A stretch of DNA of 61,874 nucleotides, counting the filler, from Sphacelaria rigidula (Eukaryota): NCBI GenBank assembly GCA_964200075.2. It is 10 parts of 10 records of this genome, joined end to end, with 100 filler letters (N's around TTAATTAATTAA, not from the genome) between each part and the next. Parts side by side here need not be neighbours in the genome. Positions count along the whole stretch, not along the records: positions 49,581 to 55,677 come from CAXNAA020022246.1; positions 55,778 to 61,874 come from CAXNAA020022247.1; 8 more parts are not named here. The stretch is one strand, 5' to 3'. A model generated the notes under the pieces. The model saw nothing but the letters and a program-made list of their open reading frames with translations. It did no database searches and had not been told where the DNA came from. A program made the position numbers and the translations under genes. Below are positions 50,134 through 61,874 of the stretch, one piece after another (position 1 is the stretch's first letter; the number at the start of each line of letters is the position of its first letter).

Positions 50134-53100
50134 TGTGGAGTAGTCCGCCTCCAGTACTCGTGCAGATGTCATAAGATATCTGATGATACACCCGACATGG
50201 ATATGAGGATTACATGAGATTGGGTCATGGGATATTTTCTGGAGTACGGTCATGACTGCTTGGCATATGATATGCGGGCACGTAGGTGCGAGGTCACTTC
50301 CGATAACGAAGGCTTTGTTGTATAAACAATATCTGTCTTGAACTCTCCAAGCCCTAGAGAGGGAGGAAGCCCTTGGGGTAGCCCTGTCACCCTGTTCTAA
50401 GTCCAGAAGGGTCTATGGTATATGTTATTCAGGGAACCTGCTGATTCATGGGAAATGTGTTTTTCAGCTACGGAGAGTTTATGCCATTTATTCAAAGAAG
50501 TGTGCAGTCTGTAAAACACAAGGACGCTTGCTGAAGAACAGAGGAACGACTACGTTGGGTGGAAACATTGCGTGAAGCTATGTAAGGAAGAATGGCAGCG
50601 CGCAGGAGGGGTAGTGGAAGCGGTACAGCCTTTGAGGTGATGTTTACATTAAGTGAGCTGATGGTAGTTTGCTAAGAGTACCCGAGTACGGGCGAGGTTT
50701 CAGAATTAATGCGCCCAGACATGGTCTATCCGGAAGTACGTGAAGTACGAGGAAGCCGTGCTACGAAGCAACAAGCTTGGGGCGTACACTGCGGTTGATA
50801 AGCAGCGCCGGCACCAGCCGCGGCTGAAAGAGAAGAGCGGCAGCGGGCCCTCCGGGCCCAAGTGACAACAGTCGGACGGGAGAACGTCACTGACCGACAA
50901 TGGGACTGCCAGTTCCGGAAAATCTCGGAAACCGGGCCCGAGCAATGCGGGTTCTTTTGCGTGTGAAAATAAGGGCCACTACCGGATTGCACGTAGCTAG
51001 GCCAAGTTGCTGCTCCAAACAATACTGAAGGTGGGCAGACGAAGGCCAGCGACATCCAGCAGCAACAACAGCAGCAGTCGCAGAGCCTGGGACAAGTGCC
51101 TCGGGTAGGGGGCAAGGATCCCGTCCCGTCAAGAGTGGTATTTTCAGCCGATGGAGGGAGGAATCAGGAGGGGTGCGGTCGTTTCTACTGGTGGCGTGCA
51201 GCAGGCTGCGTCGGCGGAAACAGCCTTGGGATGGAAATATGAGACGGTGCCGGCGTGGCGATCACTAAGACCCGGTGAGGTGCAAGGCTTTCAGTATGAG
51301 GGTCTGAACGTAGATAGCAAGGAAATGTGGTGTCTCGCTGACTTATCTGCGCCGAGGGCAGGGGAAAAGGGGTGTTTGTTCGGTCGCAGCCATCAGACTC
51401 GGGCTTTGGAATCACGACCATGTCGGCGGGTGTAGCGTCGAATTTGAAAGATATGGTCCTTGGTGTTCAAGTGATCACACCGATGGTTGGTAAACAGTTG
51501 GTGAAAGTGGCTAATGGTACTGTTGAGCGCGTGAAGCAGAAGCTTGTCTTACCCGAACCGCTTTACCCCAACTGGGGACCGGTTGTGTTGGACCCATGCC
51601 CGTACGCGGTCATGCCGGGCATTAAGGATGATATACTCATGCGGAACCCTACGCTGAAGACACTGGGCATTGACGTGTGCGGTAGTTTAGGCGCCTGTGC
51701 ACAGGCGATAAACACTTCGGTGCGAAGTGCAGAAACACCTGAATTCAAGGATTGTCGACGTGTCAATACTGCGGTTGATGCTTTACAGCAGCCAGATGGT
51801 CGGGAGGAGCCCGTATTTCCTCGATCGAGCGGTTGTTGTCAAAAGATCCAGAGATGAGCATATCCGCGGAACAAGAGCTTCTTGAGGTTGATCTTGCGCT
51901 GGAGGAGGATAATGGTATATCGAAGAGCGGCGTGAGCCAGCTTCGCGAGCTTGTGAGGAGCTGTGCGAACACTTTTCGGTGAGCGCTACGTGATGATCCA
52001 CCTGTTCGTGCCCAACTATTCGAAGGTGAAATTCAAACCTGGTGTAGTGGTGGCGAAGGCTTGGCTGAGGGCATATTCTCCCGCCAAGATGGCGTAACTG
52101 GCACGCTGCATCGCAACATTGGTGGCCCTCGGGCGCGTGCACTGCAGTTTGCAGGCATAGTGGTCGAGAGCGGCGATTGCAACGCCCATGAAATGCGGTT
52201 TCCGCGGGTGAGTGACTACAAGGTGGGGGAGCACGTCCCCCGTCCTCACAGGGGGACGGTGCATGATACTTGCCCAGGGGAGGTGATGCATTTCGATTTT
52301 CTCTACTTTGGCGAGAGTGGTCCCCCTAGGAGATTGTGGGTTGCACGAAGGATATAGGTTCTATATTTTGGTGATGATTGATGACCTCAAAAACTTCGTG
52401 TGATCGGAGCCCGCGGAGTCATATACGGCGGCGACTACGCGGTAAAGCATCTATTTATTGACATGGTGCAAAACACTGGGGCCGCCGGACGTGTGGGTCA
52501 GCTTTTACTTCTTTTACTGTTCGCACAAAAACGCGGTGGTATTGTTCTATTCAGTGGGGCTTGCGCACACTGACTGTAGGAAATGTGAATTGCTGTGGTA
52601 AGCCTGAAAATAAGCGGCGCGACCACGAAATATTCAGTCTCCTCTGTGAGAGGGAATAACGTGCGTGTTTACAGCGATTGAAGATGAAACGATGGTGCAC
52701 GCATGCATCAGTGGTCTCTGACGGGGGCACGTCTCTCGTTACGAGTTTGGACGAGTACATGGACGATGTTTCATCTCCGATTGAAAGGAGCACGTGGATG
52801 GTGTACTGGTTTGTCTGGAGTACCGTAGTGCGTAAAGTCGGAGCTGCGCAAGTTGGGACTGAGGAGAACGGTGCGGGCACGTTTGCAGGCAAAGGGCGGC
52901 ATCAAGCTTTGAGTGCTGGTTACAAGATTCATTGAGATGATATTAAGCTTATTGGCACGTTTACTTTGTGTGTGAGTATGCCATGGCTGGCAATTGCCGT
53001 TGACTGAATATCCACTAAGATAGATTGAGACTTTGTACTACAGTGTCGATGTTCAGGGTTGTGCCAATTACATATATTTTTGTGAAACATGGCATTGCAT

Positions 53101-53466
53101 GCTCGTGTGTCACAAAAAGGTGGACATATGTAGCATGAACGTGATTATCGGTATGTGAGTAGTGCGGAGGTGTGGGGGTGCTGTGGGGTAGTTCACCTCC
53201 AGTACACGTGCAGGTGTATGACGAGCTGTCTATTGGTACAGTAGACGTGGACATGAAGGTTACAGGAGATTAAGTAATGAGATATTCTCTGGAGTATGAC
53301 CACAACTGCTTGAAATATGATACGTGTGCACGGAGGTGCGAGGTCACTTCCGGTAACGAATGCTATGTTTGTGAACAACAACTGTCTTGAACTCTCCAAA
53401 CCCTAGGGAGAAAGAAAGCCCTTGGGGCAGTCCTGTGACCTTGTTCTGAGTCCAGGAGGGTCTTTA
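50134..53466 (+). mobile_element. Internally deleted Ty3/Gypsy element with two ~285-bp LTRs (50134-~50416, 53182-~53466) nested in the LINE
   Basis: Collinear direct repeats starting TGTGG; protease DSG near 51395; integrase PGEVMHFDFLY..ILVMIDDL; most of RT and RNase H missing. Confidence 0.88.
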
Positions 53467-54483
53467 GAAGACGCGAAAAATATAAATCAATGAGAAATGT
53501 AGACAGACAGCCGACAGACGAGACCTATGAGAAACGCGTTGGGCGGGAAGTTGTACAAACGGAGGATAGATACTCTAGAAGTGACAGAAGAACTGCAAGA
53601 GGTTCAAGAAGAGATGGCCAAAAATATGGTGGCATGTTCTGAGTTGTTGGAAAGCGAAGGAGCATTCGATAGCGATGGTTATTGCAGGATGGGAGCAATT
53701 GTCGGTGAAGCTCACAGTAAGTAAAGTCATGGGGAAGAACCTGATCGTACGCAATAGAGCAGTAAATTAGTCGGGTGAGGAAGCAGTAAAGGCTACAAGA
53801 GTAAGGAGAGAGGCCCACGCAAGGTATACATCGAGTAAAGCTACGGTAGGACGGGAGAAATATGCTCAAGTTATTAATATACAGGAGGTAAAGAAGATGG
53901 TACAGAAGAGAAAAGGAAATATAAGAATGTTCACTTCATCAAATAATGAAGACTTCGATGACGGGATGAAACAAATCTGGGTAGGGATATAAGGGATAAT
54001 GGGAAAACATGCGGGAAAAAGAAGGTGATAGCCAAACTTGGAGCAAAGAACGATAAAATGGTTAGTAGTTCGAAGGCGAATAGAGAAGTATTAACAGGAT
54101 ACTAATGTAAAAAACTGGAAACACCAACAACTGACGAGAGGTTTTACGCAGAATTTGCGAAGGAAATCAACGCGTGGACAGACGTAAATGTAGAGGCATC
54201 AAAACGGGAAGATGTCGACTCAAAAGAGTTGCAGAAAAAGTTCAAACAACTAGAGGGGAAGTAAAGGAATGCGAGGCTTAGCTCAAGAACAGATAGGTAG
54301 TAGAGGCAGACGAGATAGTGAACGGATTTCTAAAGTACAAGGGAGAGGGAATGCTTTCGATAATAGTTATGCTGTATAGTTGGATATGAGAAAACGGGAA
54401 CACACCCAAGTGGTGGAGAAAAGGAGTAGGAATGAACTTTGCCAAGGAAGGAGACTAGGCGGCTGACCCAGGGAACTATAGAG

Positions 54484-54740
54484 GAGCAATGCTACGGTAG
54501 GGGTGCACTTTGTTCGCGAAATTTTGTCCAGTTCAGGGGCTCCTAACGATTCTAGACGCACAAGAAGATGGATCAGGGCATCTCCGTTTTCAGATTCGTT
54601 CGGGATATCCCCAGCACATTGGAAAAATAATCCTGGCGTACGTTCGCATATTTTCATAAGTCGTGTTTGGGATGGGATAAAGGGCTCCGAACAATTCCAG
54701 CCTCGGAAAATATTTGTGTACCCCTACCGTAGCACAACTC
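54484..54740. mobile_element. MITE family B (257 bp, GAG..CTC termini, 4-bp TSD AGAG), Sola2-like
   Basis: TIRs gagcaatgctacggtaggggtgcac / gtgtacccctaccgtagcacaactc. Excision restores aactatagagggata (NYRGI). Confidence 0.92.
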
Positions 54741-55077
54741 AGAGGGATAACGCTGCTGAGCACCGTAGGCAAAAAAAACTGTAACATTCTTATTGATAGA
54801 TTGGGAACGATGCTAGAGAAGGAAGAAAAATCAACGAGGGGCAAGCAGCTCTTAGACCGAAGCGCAACCATGTATACGCATCAGGTAAGATTATTCGAGG
54901 TAGGAAAAACGCCGGGCTACCAACATACTGTTACTTTCTGGACGTACAAAATGCCTATGACACAGTACGGAGAAAGGGTCTGTGGAAAACGTTGTGGGAA
55001 ACTGGGAACAGAAGTAATCATCCAGGTACGCATTTGTACTGTCGCGCCGCTCATATGTCTGTACTGTATGGAAAATG

Positions 55078-55126
<49 letters not shown>
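55078..55126. repeat. (CTT)n microsatellite
   Basis: Direct reading. Confidence 0.95.
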
Positions 55127-55127
<1 letters not shown>

Positions 55128-55604
55128 TTATTTCCTTATCAAACATCAATTGAAAACTAGTCACTGTTACAAATCTCCGCGCACATGTGCATGTATTTGC
55201 ATGTGCATCAGATTCCTGTGAGCTACAAAAGAAATGAGCAAACAAGAACAATTCTGCGGTAACATCAGGCCGCGATTTTGTTTCATCATGTGACAATATG
55301 ACAATCAACGATAACTACAGATGCCAAACATGCCCCCCCCCATCCTCTGTAAAAAAGACAACCCTTCCCAAAGAAAGAAAGAGCAAAGAAAGAAAGAAAG
55401 GAAGGAAACATTGCAGACATGGAGGTCGCTGCACGCATTGCTTCTACAGCGTGTTTCCTGGACCTTGTATCATAACTATAGGAATCTGCACACTGTGGTT
55501 TTCAGCATGCTCCTCTGGACTTTGAAAAATGCACTTGAATAAAACAGTCAGAACAAATTTACTTCACGCAGGTAATTTTGCCGTGCGTTCAGTAATGTAC
55601 GACT

Positions 55605-55677
55605 ATGTACATCGGTGATGTCATACCTGAGATCCACAGCCGCATTGGCCAGGCCTGGGCGTGCTTCTACAAGTACA
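55605..55677 (+). mobile_element. Short RTE-type LINE RT fragment
   Basis: DVIPEIHSRIGQAWACFYKY resembles the post-RT EI..RI..AW..F motif of RTE elements. Confidence 0.55.
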
Positions 55678-55777
55678 NNNNNNNNNNNNNNNNNNNNNNN
55701 NNNNNNNNNNNNNNNNNNNNNTTAATTAATTAANNNNNNNNNNNNNNNNNNNNNNNNNNNNNNNNNNNNNNNNNNNN

Positions 55778-56730
55778 TCCGTCCCGGCTTTGTAGGGATG
55801 CGAGGTCAATGGTCTTATGACTATGGCATGCATGATCATGAGTACACCCCCCCCTACCTACTGCTCCGTCTCGAAAGGGATGCGTGGTCAATGGCCAAAC
55901 GACTGAGGGCGTGTCTTGGCACATTTTTTTCCGATCGAGAAAAAGGGGCTGTGGAATTGTTGTCGAATTGGGTCCAGGCGAATTTTCAAGCTTTCGATCG
56001 AAAAAAGGCAGTCAAAATCGTGAAATGGTACCTGGTCCCTTGTGTACAAACAGTCTGCACTGTCTGCATTGTTGAAATGTTGTGTGTCTTGAGCCCTTGT
56101 GTACGTGTTTTGTGCAGTAGGATGTGAAAGAGAAGCGGGCAACGTGCAGTGCAGACAGCGCAGGACTATATGTTCTCTCTGCTTCCACTGCCACGTGAAA
56201 AGGACTTGTGCAACGTGCAGCTTTGTACTGCCTGCACGGTCCATGAGCGTGTACGCAAGCCGGTTGCCCACCCTACCACGCAGCTCCGTCGCTGATCCCT
56301 ACTATCGAAGAAGATGTTCAAGAGTTCGCCAACGGGGAATAAAGAAGCCATACCCAACTACTGCAGTGTATCTATCCCTGTGCTCACTCGTGCTCTATGC
56401 TGCAGGGTTGCGGTGGTAGCTGAGAACGAGTTGTGAGGAGAATGCACGGTTCTGCGAACTGGTGGTATCTAGCGTGGTGGTCTGTAGGATAGGAGTCAAG
56501 TGCTACTTCATGCCTTTCGATCACATGTTTTTGATCGAAAAGGCTTATTTTGAAAGTTTGATAGTTTTTCTCCACGCGCCACTAATTATAGTTTTGAGTT
56601 GGAGCCTTCCGGGAACAAAAATGCGGTGGACCTATCAGATCGGGGGGAATAAAATCGACCGCAGTTTTTCGATCGAAAAAACATGCTAGGACACGCCTTA
56701 AGGCAAGCAACAAATGAGTGCGCCTCTACC
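55778..56730 (+). repeat. LINE 3' modules B then A, with A split by the PIF/Harbinger-like element
   Basis: gac-tga/taa-ggcaagcaacaaatgag rejoins after removing 55907-56698. Confidence 0.8.
55907..56698. mobile_element. Non-autonomous PIF/Harbinger-like element (792 bp, 3-bp TSD TGA/TAA)
   Basis: TIRs gggcgtgtcttggcac..ccgatcg / cgatcgaaaaaacatgctaggacacgcct; repeated subterminal TTCGATCGAAA motifs. Confidence 0.8.
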
Positions 56731-57822
56731 TCGTTAAAAAACACATTTTCCCTTCCAACGAAATCCCGAGACTGTTGGTCGGCGATACCGTTCCGAGAGG
56801 CGAAGCTGGTGATGAAGGAGTCAACGCAGGTTCATTCGAGGGAGAAATACAACGCGAGAAAGCCGCCATTGTTGGCGACTATTCTCGCTGCCAAAACCAC
56901 GTGCTTGCTGTGTACATGTCATGTTCCATGTACTGCAAATGATGTACTCTCGGGTACCGGTACGTAGCTGCAGCAATATACGCTAGAAATAGCGCACTTT
57001 CGGGTGATGTCGAGATGTTTCTGGTATTTTCTGGGTTAACGCGTGGTACATGGTCAGCATGCATGCTCCGGCTGTGCATCACCATAGATACGCGCACTGT
57101 GCGTAAGTCATGCATGTGTTTTTGCTCCAGCGCTGACAGTCCAGTCCAGTTCAGCACGCTGGTAGCTGAACCGCGTATCGTCCCATTAACGGAGTTCGCT
57201 GCCGCTCAATCGCCTTCTCCGAGCGCCTAAAAGACCTCATACTGTCCTTGCCGAGTATTACTCGCGCCTTGCGCACCTCACAGTACGTGGCAGGCTGAAG
57301 ACGGACTACAGTAATCATCGTACAAAAATCGGCAACCCACCTTCGGGTCATTTCACTCAGTGTCTCCAATATGAACGGATTAACCCCTTTCGTATATTTG
57401 TTTTTTTTGCTCATTTTTTTTTCAGTCTACTCTGTTTGTCTGTTCCACCTTCTTCTGTTCTCTTCATTTTCCTTTTAGTGCGGGTTCCCGTTCTGTCTCA
57501 TCTCGGATACGTCGATCATGTTACCACGGCTGATATCCCCAGGGGATCGGATAATATGCGACAATCAATTAATCAAACCATCCACCAGTGTGTCTCACAA
57601 AGGGGATCAGATCTCCATGTTCGTTCGCTGCGAATCCGTGAGACACAAGAAGAGTCGATACTTATATCAAGCCGCTGCAGCTCACACTTTCTATCCACTG
57701 CAGTCTGCCGTTGCTCCCTACTGATTGTAATCGCGCAGGGCGGTGCAAGCTGCGCAGTGGCTCCCTTGCTCGTATGTGTTTGAGCGGTCAAACTGCTGGC
57801 TATTTCATCCTCAACTTCTTTT

Positions 57823-58250
57823 CAGGGATGTGAATAACCGGGCGTGAGCAGGGTACGTACCGGAAATAACCGTAAATCAGCCCTTATGGGTACGTACCGG
57901 TTATGACCACCGTGGCCGGGGACGAAAAATTCCCATCCCCGGGGTGTTATACAACGTATACTCTTGATATTTTGTTCGTTTGGAAGTAGCTCTCGAGACA
58001 TGCGCCATGTTGGTTAAGGAGGACACGTGGTCTTTGTGTTGGTCTGCTGTGTGGGTGGAGTGCGGTGTGATGTCTGCTGCTGCGTGTGTGTGTCAGCTGG
58101 TGTGTGTGTGTAAGGGGGGTCCGCACTGCGAATAAGAAGGCCCTGCGATTGCGGGGGGTCCGGGAGTTGCGAATAACCGTGATTTTCCCGGGCACTGACC
58201 CGGGCACCGTGTAACCGGTTAAAACCGGTACCCGGTTATTTACATCCCTG
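57823..58250. mobile_element. Non-autonomous hAT element (428 bp)
   Basis: TIRs cagggatgtgaataaccggg / cccggttatttacatccctg; perfect 8-bp TSD CTTCTTTT; subterminal (a)accgg motifs. Confidence 0.95.
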
Positions 58251-58989
58251 CTTCTTTTTTACATCAACACTCAGAGTATCGATTTGTCTCGATATGTACG
58301 GTAAAATAACAGCATAAACCATGCAATTCGTCGATCTGTGATTCTCCTGTTTCCGTCGTGAACCGTTACACCGGTTTCGAGATACGTTCAACTGGCCCCA
58401 AAAAGATACACCCTTCTCTCCCGAGGCCTTCACTTAAACTACTGTTCTGAGGCGAGGCACTCAGCCAAAGGGAAAACCCCACAACACTCGACACTACAAC
58501 ACTGTACACATTCGTACCCAAAATACTGAACAGCGAAAAGAAAAATGAGGCGACACATCAAAAGTGAGTAGGCAGGCTGTTGCCAAGTCTGTCTTACTGA
58601 GCACGCGATGTGCGATTGATGGCGTCGAATATGCGTCCAGCGTGTTGATTGATTGCATGCGATCTTCCGGTAAAAAACGTTGAATTTATTATGCCGCAGT
58701 TCTTGCAACACACCCAGCTGACTGCTCTCATTCAGCTGGCAATTCCAATAATAATCGATAACAAAAAGAAGTCCAGAGTATTGCCGTAGGGTATTCGCAC
58801 ACCCGTTGTCTTTTTTGCGAAGGACGGGTTGAAGCGAAAAACGTTACCTGCAACATTGCAATGAAACAGCGCCCAAGCTTGCCGCGTCGAACCGGCGGCT
58901 GGACAAACCAGCTTCGTCATTGAACCTTCTATCACGGGGATACGATCAAATCTTAGTGAAGAGGACAGCAACCTTATGGAAAACCTAAC

Positions 58990-59283
58990 CTCCCTAGCTC
59001 GCTTAGCCCGCTCCTCAACACCAAGCTTCTGAATCGCGTCACTCCCCGACTGACAAGCCTTGTTAAAGAACGTCTCGTACTCATTCGGGAACGCTCGTAG
59101 CGGTCGTAGTTCCCTCGTCCTGCTCCCGTGCCCCGCCGCCGGGGCGCATGATCGCCTGTTACTCCTGCTCCTGCTGCTGCTGTTAGGTATCGCACCCTGA
59201 CCCCATCGGTGGTTAGCATGAAAGGCGATTGCTATCCCAGGTAAAAGAGTACAGGTGTACAGTACGAGGGAGAATTTGGACAT
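58990..59283 (-). CDS. First exon of an unknown plastid-targeted protein
   Basis: Signal peptide, AIA|F (ASAFAP-type) cleavage motif, S/R-rich transit peptide, then FPNEYETFFNKAC...; donor GAG|gttag. Confidence 0.75.
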
Positions 59284-60467
59284 GGTAAATGAGAGCTGCT
59301 CTCGTAGCTACCCCTGCTATGGTGTACAGACAGTAGTGACGGGGGCTGATGTACCTTTTCGCGCAGAAATGAAGAACAGTCAGATTGCTGAATACCCTGC
59401 ATATATTTTTCTTTATCACCCCCCTCCCCTTCAACGAAGTATACAAAATTGGAGAATAAGTAGGCCTCAACTTTGATTATACGAATAAACATTGATAGGC
59501 CTTCCATGCGACACGTCGTATGAGGGGTTTGATCAGGGTTCGTCGGCTGGTTCACAGCGAATAGTGAGAGGGAACAACATGCACCACCTTTACAGTCCTT
59601 ACCCGTGGTCATCTTCCAGTCGTGACTGGGTTCCCTACGAGAAGCATGGTATCTGGTTATATAATAGCACACATGAGTAAAGTTGCTCCAAGCATTTAGA
59701 CACATCGAATCACGAGCACCTAGCTATGCTTAGTGCTGACTGTGTCGCGATGCATGGTAGGTTTGCTGGGCCCTAAGTTTGGACAATCAAGAAATATGGA
59801 GCGGGTTCGCCCTCATGAATAACGGTTTACGTCCGCCTTCTGTTTGCCCTTCCCTTGCGGTACGTCAAACGTTCGGCGTAGTGCTCAACAGAGAACTTGG
59901 AAGTATTGTATAGATTCTGTCCCACAGCTCAAAATGCAGTATGTAAAGTGGATACGGCCAGTCGACCGTAATCGGCGAATCAAATGCTTTATAGTAGTGC
60001 TGGTCGTGATTCTACAGTATATAGAAACGTTCAGCTGCGTCCTTCCTCGTCATTCATGCGTGCATATTGATCTGCTGCAAATGGGTAAGAACTGCGAATG
60101 CCAAAAGCCGTCAATCTTGACGTGCGTCCGATCTGTATGAAGCCGTCCATCGGCCACAAAAAATTAATTGTGCGGAACTGGCGGTGCATCAAGATAGTCG
60201 ATCAATCCCGCGTATGTTTTGGATCGTCGCGTGGGTAGTTATCACGGAAGACGTCCACATAAGACGTCCAAGTACGGAGTACTGTGAAAATATCTGAACG
60301 ATTTTTTATGTGAAAACAACAGAAACTACAAAAACAACAAAAATAACGACATTCTATTAATAATCACTTGCCCGACTATCATAAAGAACATCCCGGAACA
60401 CATGCACACTAGACGCCACGACTACGAGCACGAGCACGAACACAGCCGCCGCAATGACTGCAACTAC

Positions 60468-61773
60468 TCAGGCACGTCGCTGCTTCTTCCCATTCTCCTC
60501 GCGTGGCGGCCGATCCTTGTAACCCCGCACACCGTCCAAACGCCACTGGAAAAAAGTACAGCGAGCATTCCGATCCGTCGGCCAATTTCCGGCGGAGCGG
60601 GCGCAAGTGTAAAACCTCCGGTTGTGATTAACCCCCTGCTTGAGCACCGTGCGCTGTATGGAAGGCTCGCCGTGTTCGCACAGCGGCGTGTCCTTCTTCT
60701 GTCCGAACAACGTTTTCCACGCTTGCGCACTATCTCGCGCATTCGTTTTGCCATCGGTGCTACAACTAGCATCAACCGAACCACCGGGAGCGCCAGCAGC
60801 ACGATCGGATTTATTGTCGCTACCGGCCGCTGGTTCGGCTGCCGCCGCTCTTTCCGCCGCCGCCACCGGCGATGCCCTACTAGATGAATCCCCGGCTGCG
60901 GATCCAGAGACCGCAGGGGTGCTTGATACCGCAGGTTTCTTGTTCGATGCAAAACTCAGCTTGCTCTGCCGCGCACCAGCAGCGGGTCGTCCGATTCTGC
61001 CCTTACCTCCACCGGCCCACACTCGTCCAGTGCTACTACTGGAATTGCTACAATTGCTGTCAACTCGTTTCAGAGAAGGTTCATGGTTAGCCGAGGGAAA
61101 CAAGGACGAAGAAGAATATTCCGCTTGCTTTTTTCCGCGGCGTGACCCCGCGCCGCAAAAGACACTCATCGAAGCAGTACTGCCCACAGTCCCTTCCACC
61201 ACCTCGTGTCCTTCTACCACCTCGTGTGGCGGCAGAGGCGAACGCTCTTTCGCATCTTCCCTGGTTAGCCTGCTGATGCTGGTGGATAATATCTCACCGC
61301 GACTTTCCTTGGCATTGTTACCGCCGTCGCCGGCCACGGCCCCGAAGTACTTGGCCAACTTCTCTTGCTTGCCGGTCAGCTCACGGTAAAAGCACGAGCA
61401 CTCCGGGGGGTGCTCCGGCCAATCTGATGCCTCATGCTCGTGAAAATCTACCATCTCAGAACCACTCCTCATCCCCCAACCGGGTCCTTGCGCTTCGCTA
61501 GTCTTGCTGCCCTGTTCACTTGTGGGTATCCTTTCAGGCGACCGCGACGAGGGTCGCAACAAGTGGAACTCTGCGCGAACGGGGCAGTGATCCGAGCCCA
61601 GAAATGACGGCATTATATCGCATGATCGCAGGGATCGATCGGAGAGGTCGGCGCTGGCGATGATGTAGTCGATGCGCGTGCCGTAGTTATTTTCTCGCGC
61701 GCCGGTCTGGGTGTTCCAGCAGGTGAAGGCATCCTTTCGGTCAGGATGAAGGCGTCGGAAGCAGTCCACCAGG
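60468..61773 (-). CDS. APEX2: Terminal exon of AP endonuclease 2 (ExoIII C-terminus, PIP box, zf-GRF)
   Basis: FTCWNTQTGARENNYGTRIDYI, GSDHCPV, QEKLAKYF, PLCEHGEP...NHNRRFYTCAR...RCTFFQW. Confidence 0.93.
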
Positions 61774-61802
61774 CTATCGTGGGCATCGGATGGAGGGCGC
61801 GG

Positions 61803-61874
61803 GAGGGAGGGGGGGGCTACTCATTTGTTGGTTGTCGTAGTCGACCATGTACCATGCATCCTTATCGAGACCAG
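61803..61874 (-). repeat. LINE 3' module A-like copy abutting the APEX2 acceptor
   Basis: G-tract + tactcatttgttg..gtcg..catgcatccctt..cgagac matches 6199-6270. Confidence 0.7.

Larger units (their letters stand above)
49775..55020 (+). mobile_element. Second degenerate copy of the same LINE, split by an LTR element and a MITE
   Basis: VMLVGDFNARG (APE) near 49855; homology resumes after 53466; DPGNYRGITLLSTVG and YDTVR..LWKTLWELG. Confidence 0.9.

Noticed and set aside
60640..61389. 249-aa plus-strand ORF
   Set aside because: Antisense shadow of the GC-rich APEX2 exon.
45660..61773. Link between LINE APE endonucleases and host APEX2 as a system
   Set aside because: They are on different contigs; co-occurrence comes from the concatenation.

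Overview
This is eukaryotic, intron-rich, repeat-rich nuclear DNA, most likely from a brown alga (inferred from a bipartite plastid-targeting presequence, a PPR gene and the transposon types). It is not one locus: ten unrelated ~6.1-kb contigs (4 x 6098 bp, then 6 x 6097 bp) are joined by nine artificial 100-bp spacers (44N-TTAATTAATTAA-44N), so gene neighbourhood across spacers means nothing. Host gene pieces: two terminal exons of a coiled-coil protein (probable GC-AG intron), N-terminal exons of a mitochondrial acetyl-CoA hydrolase/CoA-transferase, four exons of a PPR protein, the first exon of a plastid-targeted protein, and the last exon of APEX2. The rest is mostly decayed mobile DNA: three Ty3/Gypsy elements, two long copies and many short 3'-end pieces of one APE-RT LINE family, four non-autonomous TIR element families (one hAT-like, one PIF/Harbinger-like, two with 4-bp TSDs), two fold-back elements and microsatellites. 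The most unusual features are a 1.76-kb near-spacerless palindrome built on an unknown coding exon, a Gypsy pol C-terminus with a chromodomain plus a Tudor-like domain, and LINE 3' modules bounded by oligo-C tracts. I found no convincing new multi-gene system, and the contig structure would prevent seeing one.
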